A stretch of DNA of 64,000 nt from the human T2T-CHM13v2.0 reference genome, Homo sapiens, in assembly GCF_009914755.1 (NCBI RefSeq), contig NC_060943.1; one strand, 5' to 3'. The first letter of the stretch is position 1. The number at the start of each line of letters is the position of its first letter. The notes under the pieces were generated by a model that saw nothing but the letters and a program-made list of their open reading frames with translations, did no database searches and had not been told where the DNA came from. A program made the translations under genes and the position numbers. Below, piece by piece: positions 47,203 through 64,000 of this stretch.

Positions 47203-49597
47203 TCAATCCAGGAGGCAGAGATTGCAGTGAGTCAAGATCACGCCATTGCATTCCGGCCTGGGCAGCAGAATGAGACTCTGCCTCAAAAATAAATAAATAC
47301 ATAAATAAAAATAATAGCAACAGCAGAAACAGGCAGTGACGGTGGAGGGTGTGTGTGTGAATGACCTCAGCTAGTGGCAGTTCGTCATTGCCACTAAGGC
47401 CAGCCACACAGGTGACACTGACAGTGTGCAGAGAGGCCATCAAGGGTGTCGAGCTCAGATCACACCCTTCCCTCCCCACCAGGGGGCCTGCTCAGCGTCC
47501 ACTACAAAACCTCCGACACCTTCAGGAAGCAGAACTGAGCCTCGGGGGTCTTGCCCCTTGCTGGCCTATTTTTCAGCTAACTTTATTGAGCACCTACTGT
47601 GTACCAGGCTCTACTAGGCAGTGCTGGGGACACAGTGGCTGAGCAAGACACAAATGGACCCTCATCTTGGCAGAGTTCAGAGATCAGAGGCGAGGATTCA
47701 CTCATTTTATTTTAGTTTTTAGAGATACAGTCTCACTCTGTGGCCCTGGGCTGGAGCGTGGTGGCCTGATCATAGCTCACTGCAGCCTCCAACTCCCAGG
47801 CTCAAGGGATCCTCCCACCTCAGCCTCCCCAGAGTGCTGGGATTGCAGGCATGAGCCACCACGCCTGGCCTAGCAGAAAGATTTTAAACAGGTAGTCAGG
47901 GAAGGCTTCACTGAGGAGGTGATATGTGAGCAGAGACTTGAAGAAGAGGGGGTAGAAAATCATGCAGCGGCTGGGCAAAGTGGCTCATGCCTATAATCCC
48001 AACACTTTGGGAACCTGAGGCGGGCAGATCACTTGAGGTCAGGAGTTCAAGGCCAGCCTGGCCAACATGGTAAAACCCTGTCTCTACTAAAAATACAAAA
48101 ATTAGCCAGGCGTCATGGCACACACCTGTAATCCCAGCTACTCAGGAGGCTGAGGCAGGAGAATCACTTGAACCTGGGAGGCGGAGGTTGCAGTGAGCAG
48201 AGATCATATGTCTAAAATCTTATTGCCAGCCTGGGCAACAGAGCTGTCTCAATAAATAAATAAAAAATCATGCAGGTACCTAGGGAAAGAGTGTAGTAGG
48301 TGGGCGGGCACAGCCCTGTGCAAAGGTCCTGGGGCAGGACCGTGCCTGGCATGTTGGAGGAACAACGAGGAGGCCCGTGTGGCTGGAACAGAGTGAGGAA
48401 TGGGAGGAAGGGAGGGCAGGCAGGTAAGGGGGCTTTTGGAATTAATTCAGCTCCTCTAGGGCGCCAAGCTCTACCCTGCCTCAGGGCCTTTGCACGGGCT
48501 GTTCTCTCCTCCTGGCCTTCTGCCTCCCTCTCCCCCCAGGTTGACCTGGTCAACCCATCCTCCTTCATTCCCAAGGTAAATGTCTCAGTTTGAATCCCAC
48601 ACACCCGACTGGGAGCCCAAGGACCGGGCCCAGAACTGTCCAGGCCAAGGTGATGTCCAGCACTGCCCAACATAGAGTTGGCATACAGTAGGCACTCAAT
48701 AAGTGTCTGGTAAGGTTCAGGAGATTGTCAGGGAAGCCTCCCTGCCCCTGCCCTGCAATGATGGTGAGGCTGGTGGCCCTCCCTTATCTGGACTCAGTTT
48801 TCCCTTCCAGAAGATTCCAAAGGCTGCGTCCAGGATGGAGATGGGAAGGTCGCTCCTCTACTCCAAAAGCATGGTGGGGGACAGGTCCCTCTGTAGTCCG
48901 TCCCCAGCCTGCTCTGCGACTGCAGGGGGAACCTGCCTTGCCCTCTCTCCTCACCCCTCCAGGCCTCTCTCCTTTCGTCTCCGTCTCTAGGTCCATCTCA
49001 CCGCCTGCTTCCTCATCTCTCAATCTTGCTCTCTCACTGTCTCTGTCTCAGTCTTTCCCCTGGGTCTCCAGTTTTCTATCCCCCCATCCCCGTCCCCACC
49101 CCAGGGTCTAGAGATTTGCTCATCTTTGGGCAAAGCCTGGAGGCCAGGAAGGAGGAGGGGGTAGGGGAAGTTCCAGATGCTCCTCAACCCTCACCCGCCT
49201 AAGTGTGGGTGGGTCCCCAAGGAACCTGGGCTGAGACAGCTCTACCCCCTCCCCAGCTTCTTCGGGGATCCCCAAGGCCAGTGGGGAATTTCTAGGGAGA
49301 AATAAACATCCGTGTCATTTACATAAAATCTGCATCAATTAGCATATCGATTACAAGAGTCTACAGAACCAGGCAAGCCGTTTGCAAGGAAAATAGTAAC
49401 TTTAATGACAAATGAGGCCAGCAGCTTCTCCATGGAAGCGACTTGTCACACTTCCACCCTGCTTTACAGGTGGGAAAACCGTGGAGGTGAGTTCTAGACA
49501 GAGAGAGGGAGATAATCTAGGTGGGCAGGGTCTCTGCCCTCTCCAGGCATTTGCAGATAGATAATGAGGAAACAAGTAATTGGCTAAAATGATTTCA

Positions 49598-50161
<564 letters not shown>

Positions 50162-51111
50162 TCAGGGAGGGCCTCTCTGAGGAGGTGACATTGAGCTGAG
50201 ACCTGAAGGAGGAGTAGGGGCCAGATGGGGAGGAAATATATATATATGAAGAGCGAAGAATGAAGGAGGACTCCAAACTCTTTCCCTTCCATCCCCCTCG
50301 CCACTTGTTCTTCACCCTCTCCAATCATTCCCATCATCCTTTGGGCTCAGCTCATATCATCTCCTCCAGGAAGCTCTCCTTGACTGCCCCAACTAAGTCA
50401 GCCTTGTTCCTGCCAGCTTCCCAGAGCCCAGCACAGGGCAGAAGCCCTACACGTTCCCCAGGAGATGGAAAGAAGATTCCCTGGTTCTGGGGACTGAAGA
50501 TTTTGACAAGCTGGTAATGCGCACCTCTGGTCAGAACCACGTCTGCAGAGGAAAGACCCAGCCATATCCCTCTTTTCTCAGCTGCCTGGTAGGGGAGGAG
50601 AGGGCAGAGGAGGTTGAGTTTCTTGGGGAAAACTGGGGTGCCATCAGCTGTTCCCCTCCACTGCCTTCCTGTAGGGGGTCCCTGGGGTTGAGGGCTTCAG
50701 CCCAGCTCCTGGGGTGGGAACCCAGCCAGGAAAGATCTGGAGTGGGAGAGAAGGAAGACTGGGAGGGGCCAGGAAAGTGTCTATTTTTCCTCCTGCAGCT
50801 GTATTTATAGATTCCCTTTGATGTCCCAGCGTTGGGCTGACCTGGTTCTTGGCTGCATCAGGAGAAAGACAGGTTCTCAGAGTTGTTTCTAGAAGTTGGG
50901 CGGGCGGTGGGAGGGTGGGTCCTCAAATGAGGAGAGCTAGGTATGCAACAACTGGACCCCTGAGCTTGGAGGGGGTCTGGGATGGGGGGAGGCAAGGAGC
51001 TGGCCTCAGTTTCCCTGTTTGCAAAATGGGGATTTACATGTCTCTTCCAGGTTCTGTTCAGTTAAAGAGAAGAGAAACTTAAAAAAAAAAAAAAGACATA
51101 TATAGTTCTCA

Positions 51112-51364
<253 letters not shown>

Positions 51365-51405
51365 TCACCCAAACGTCAAGTAAGCACATGTCCATGATTC
51401 ATTAG

Positions 51406-51714
<309 letters not shown>

Positions 51715-52119
51715 TGATCTGCCCACCTCAGCCTCCTAAAGTGCTGGGATTACAGGCGTGCGCCACCACGCCCAACTAATTTTGTATATTTAGTAGAGAT
51801 GGGGTTTCACCATGTTAGCCAGGCTGATCTCAAACTCCTGACCTCAGGTAATCTGCCCACCTCAGTCTCCCAAAGTGCCGGGATTACAGGCATGAGCCAC
51901 CGCGCCCAGACCGAGATTGTTTTTTTTTTTAAGGTGGAATGTTAGATTAAGATCAGGCTAGATACAAACGAATTAATGGTCTATATTTCAGTAAAGCCCT
52001 AGTTGGGGTTCTCTTTTCTACCAGACAGACAGAAATGATCAAGTTAACTGTAACTTCGCAGGGCCTGAGCTCTCATCACATGGCCAAGTCATAGACAAGC
52101 ACATGCTCCCACAGCAAGG

Positions 52120-52590
<471 letters not shown>

Positions 52591-52598
52591 ATTTTTGA

Positions 52599-52736
<138 letters not shown>

Positions 52737-52957
52737 TGAAATGGAGTCTCACTCTGTTGCCAGGCTGGAGTGCAGTGGTGCAATCTCGGCTCACTGCAAA
52801 CTCTGCTTCCCGGGTTGAAGTGATTCTCATGCCTCAGCCTCCCAAGTAGCTGAAACTACAGGTGCACACCACCACATCCAGCTAATTTTTGTATTTTTAG
52901 TAGAGACGGGTTTTGACATGTTGGCCAGGCGGGTCTCGAACTCTTGACCTTAAGTAA

Positions 52958-53110
<153 letters not shown>

Positions 53111-53188
53111 TAATACTTGGGAACACAGAGAGCTGTTACAATAATAGAGTTTATTCATGAAAAGACTTTTTTTATTTTTTCTTTTTGA

Positions 53189-53683
<495 letters not shown>

Positions 53684-54365
53684 TGATCTGGAACTCCTGG
53701 CCTCATGTGATCCTCCTGCCTTGCCTCCCAAAGTTTTACAGAATTACAAAGAATTCACGAATTCTTTGTAATTTGTAAAAAAAATTTACAAAGAATTACA
53801 GGCCTGAGCCACCACATCATCTTGTAAGTATTATTATTGGTGGAGATGACCAGAGATGTTGGCTAAATTTCCCAAGGCCACACAGCCGGGCAAGGCCAGA
53901 GCTCGGAGTTGAAGCAAGGTCTTTCCAGTGAAGGCTGGGAGCAGTGCCCGGGCTCTCTATGGGGTCAAGAGGGATGGCATCGGGCCTCTGAGGACCCGGC
54001 GCCCAGGCTCCAGGGTTAAGCCTGTGTGGCAGCTGAACTTCCGCGGACCTGTCCCTCTAAAATCCCTGGGAAGCAAGGCATCAGGCGTTCCGGAACAGGC
54101 GCCTGCTCCTGTCGGGCTGGCGCACACTTGGAGAGACAGCTGGCAGGGGACTGACGGGCCAGGGAGGAGGGGCCTGGGGGGGGGAGGGGGCCTTGGCCAG
54201 GAGAAGAGGTCAGGAGCTGCTCCAACCCACCCACCTCCAGATGGGAGCCAAGCGCCTCCTCTTTCGCATTCTCTAACGCCTCTCAATTCCTTCATCCACT
54301 TTTGACAAATATTATTCAACACCTACTATATGCCAGGTGCCCTCCTGAACCCTTTAGTTGAGTAA

Positions 54366-54839
<474 letters not shown>

Positions 54840-55504
54840 TGAGCCACCGTGCCCGGCAGCTAATGGATTTCTTTAGCCCTCAGGTTAGATCACACGTCCT
54901 GAGGAAAGCCTTCAGGGAGCCATCATAAACTCCCGTGCGCCCCCCAGCTAGGCCCTCTGACCCCCATCACCGCAATGACCACCTCCCCCACTGAACTGCG
55001 AACCGCACTGGGGGCGAGGCCGGCTCTGTCGGGGTCACGTATCCCTGTATCCCTGGCCCCTAGCACAGGTTTGCAGAGTTCACGACTGTAGGTACTAGAC
55101 GCTCTATATACGAATGAAAGGATGAAGGGATGAAGTCAGAATTTCTGCCCATCGCGCACTTCCATGCTGGGGGAACCCCAGCTCAAGGATGAGGAATCAG
55201 GTGCTGAGGTCCACGCTGGGATCTGAAGGGGTCTTCATGGAGGACGGTCCTTCTGGCAGGGTCTCTGCTCAGGGGAGCCCAGCCCGGGACTGGTGTGCCG
55301 GGCAGGGGGTCTCTGTAGGGAGAGTCCCTGCCGAAGGGGCTGGAACTGTGCGGGGCGCCCCTGAATGGTCGAACCTGGAGAGCTTTGTTGCTCAGATGAG
55401 GAAGGGCCAGGGAGGCCACCCTGGACCAAAGGGTCACGTTTCTATTCTTCCTGGCCCAGAATGGACAGCCCCAGAAGAAGCTGACAGTCGGGGTGCGCCC
55501 CGCA

Positions 55505-55985
55505 AGGGGAGGAGCTGAGAGAGGGGCGGGGCTGAGAGAGGAGGGGGCTGAGGAAGGAGAGGGGGCTGAGAGAGGGGAGGGGCTTAGAGGGGAGGGGTGA
55601 GGGAGGAGAAGGGGCCGAGAGGGGGAGACGTTCAGAGGGGAGGGGTGAGGGAGGAGAGGGGGGCTGAGAGACGAGAGGGGCTGAGAGAAGAGAGGGGGCC
55701 GAGAGAGGACGGGGTTGAGAGAGGGGAGGGGCTGAAAGTGGTAAAGCTGAGAGGAGAGGGGCGGGGCTGAGAAGAAGGGGCGAGGCGGGAAGGGGCAGGG
55801 CTGAGAGAAAATGGGTGGGGCTGAGAGGAGAGGGGCGGGGCTCGGAGGCGGGGGGCGTTGTGGGGCAGGGCTGAGTGGGGCGGGGTTGAGAGGAGAGGAA
55901 GCTGAGGTTGGGGAGGGGCGTGGAGAGGGGAGGGGGGCTCTTCGAGGGGCGGGAACAGGGCTCAAGGAGGCTGAGTGGGGCAGAG
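55505..55985 (+). repeat. Purine-rich minisatellite (ggggctgagagaggag-like units)
   Basis: More than 10 degenerate copies of gggctgaga separated by GA/G tracts. Confidence 0.9.
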
Positions 55986-57363
55986 GGGGCCGCCTAAGTT
56001 CTGTCCTCCCCTGGGGCCCCAGGACACAGGGTCAGGAGTGTATCAAGTCACCGGGTTTCTGACCATCCAGAAACCTGACCGCGTGCGTCCCCGGGGCTCG
56101 GGGTCGCCCCTATCCCATGCTCTACCTCCCTCCCTCTCCTCGGGCCCTCCTGGCTCCCTCTGACCTCCCCACCGCCAGTCAGCTGTGTCTGTATTTAGAG
56201 CGGTGCAGGCCTGTGTCACTTTACTTCCGAAAGGGATTTTGCATCTCTTAGTGCTGCCTTCAGAACCCCCAACACCTGTTGCGGCGCGAGCCCGTGCCAC
56301 GGGGAGGGGGTGGTCTCGCTTCTGGAGCCACTGTGGGGGAGGAGGCTCAGCTGCCTCCCCTCCCCGAGAACCTTCTCCCTTTGTGCACCCCCTCCCTTCT
56401 GAGCCCCTTCTCTAAGTCCCCATGTCCCCCTCCCGTCCCGGAGCCCCCCCTTCTCTAAGTTCCCCCGGCCCTGCCCCCTGCCCTCTCGGAGCCCCCTCTC
56501 TGCACGCCAACTCAGAGCCGCCTCGTTCCCAGGCTCCCCAAGGCCCCGAGCCCTGCCTGTCCCCCTCCTCCCCTGGCCTGTCCATTGTCCTGGTGAGGGG
56601 GTCCTGGAGGCTGGGCGGGCCGGGGTCTGCATGCAGGGGGCGGGAGTCGCCTGCTACCCAGTCGTCTCTGGGCAACGCTGGCAAACCTCACGCCTAGACA
56701 CAGAGGCTGCGCTGTTCTCTGGGAGGGGACAGGGGGCACAAGGTGACTGGGGAGATGCTGGGGGTGACGGCTGTGGATATGAGTTTTCAGGCAGGGGGTG
56801 CCAGAGGCAGCTCCAACTGCTCCAGGTGGGAGAAAGGTTCGAGAGCGTGGCCATGGGAAACGTTGTCCCCCTGCTGTCCCCACGGCGACCTCCAACTCAC
56901 TCGACATCCTTCCTTCCTCTGCAGGCCCTCCTGCTCTGCCCCATCCCACAGTGGGGTCTTCCATGCCTGCTCTGATATGTTCATCATCACAGCCTTCCCA
57001 GTTGGATTTTGCAATTAAACCCACTTTACAGATGAGAAAACCGAGGCCCAGAGAGCATTTGGTGATTGAAGCAGTGAGGAGACCACACTTTTGGGGCTAT
57101 GGCCCAGGACCCGAGCCCCAACTCTCCTGTTTTCTCTCCACATGACCTAACAGCTTCTCTGAGCCTCAGTTTACTCATCTGTACCGTGGGCAGATGGTGG
57201 TACCCATTTCCTGGGCTGTTTTTACTGTGTGGGGAATAAGATGCTTAAACAGTCTAGGGTTCAAACTTGGGTGCCAGTTACCAGCTGTGCAACTGGTCAG
57301 GCCATGTTGCCGCTCTGTGCCTCAGTTTCCCCGTCAACAAAATGGGGTCTATAATAGCATCTA

Positions 57364-63897
<6,534 letters not shown>

Positions 63898-64000
63898 CCA
63901 ATGTTCACTTTTTTAAAATTAGGTTTACTCTCTCTCACCATTTGAATGTCAGCTCTACAAGGACAGCAATCTGCGTGTTCTATTCACTACTGAAACTGCA

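Noticed and set aside
55183-55965. 260-aa Pro/Ser/Leu-rich ORF
   Set aside because: Translation of the GA-rich minisatellite.

Overview
Primate (human-like) genomic DNA that is GC-rich and very dense in Alu, MIR and L2 repeats. It holds one protein-coding gene, SEMA6B (semaphorin 6B; from memory human 19p13.3), on the minus strand. I reconstructed 16 coding exons by hand. All have GT-AG boundaries with consistent phases and sum to 2667 nt (888 aa plus stop): signal peptide, Sema domain, PSI domain, transmembrane helix and a Pro-rich tail. The poly(A) signal is at 277-282. A likely non-coding first exon lies in the CpG island at about 39.15-39.46 kb, and a possible proximal first exon at about 17.2-17.5 kb. 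The region from 39.6 to 64 kb has no supportable coding gene, only repeats, CpG-rich regulatory islets and (TGGA)n or GA-rich arrays. There is no prokaryotic, CRISPR, tRNA or rRNA content, and I cannot support a wholly new biological system. The best leads are: (1) a locally shared L2-derived repeat variant carrying a CTCF core, E-box and AP-1 cassette, present four times in the same orientation about every 8.5-10 kb across the gene; (2) an Alu-mediated tandem triplication in intron 1 with chimeric Alus; (3) snap-back templated inversions inside Alus; (4) an intronic CCAAT/GC-box minisatellite; (5) a candidate in-frame upstream coding exon; and (6) a miR-30 site between the poly(A) signal and the cleavage zone. 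Repeat boundaries and subfamily names are by eye and approximate.
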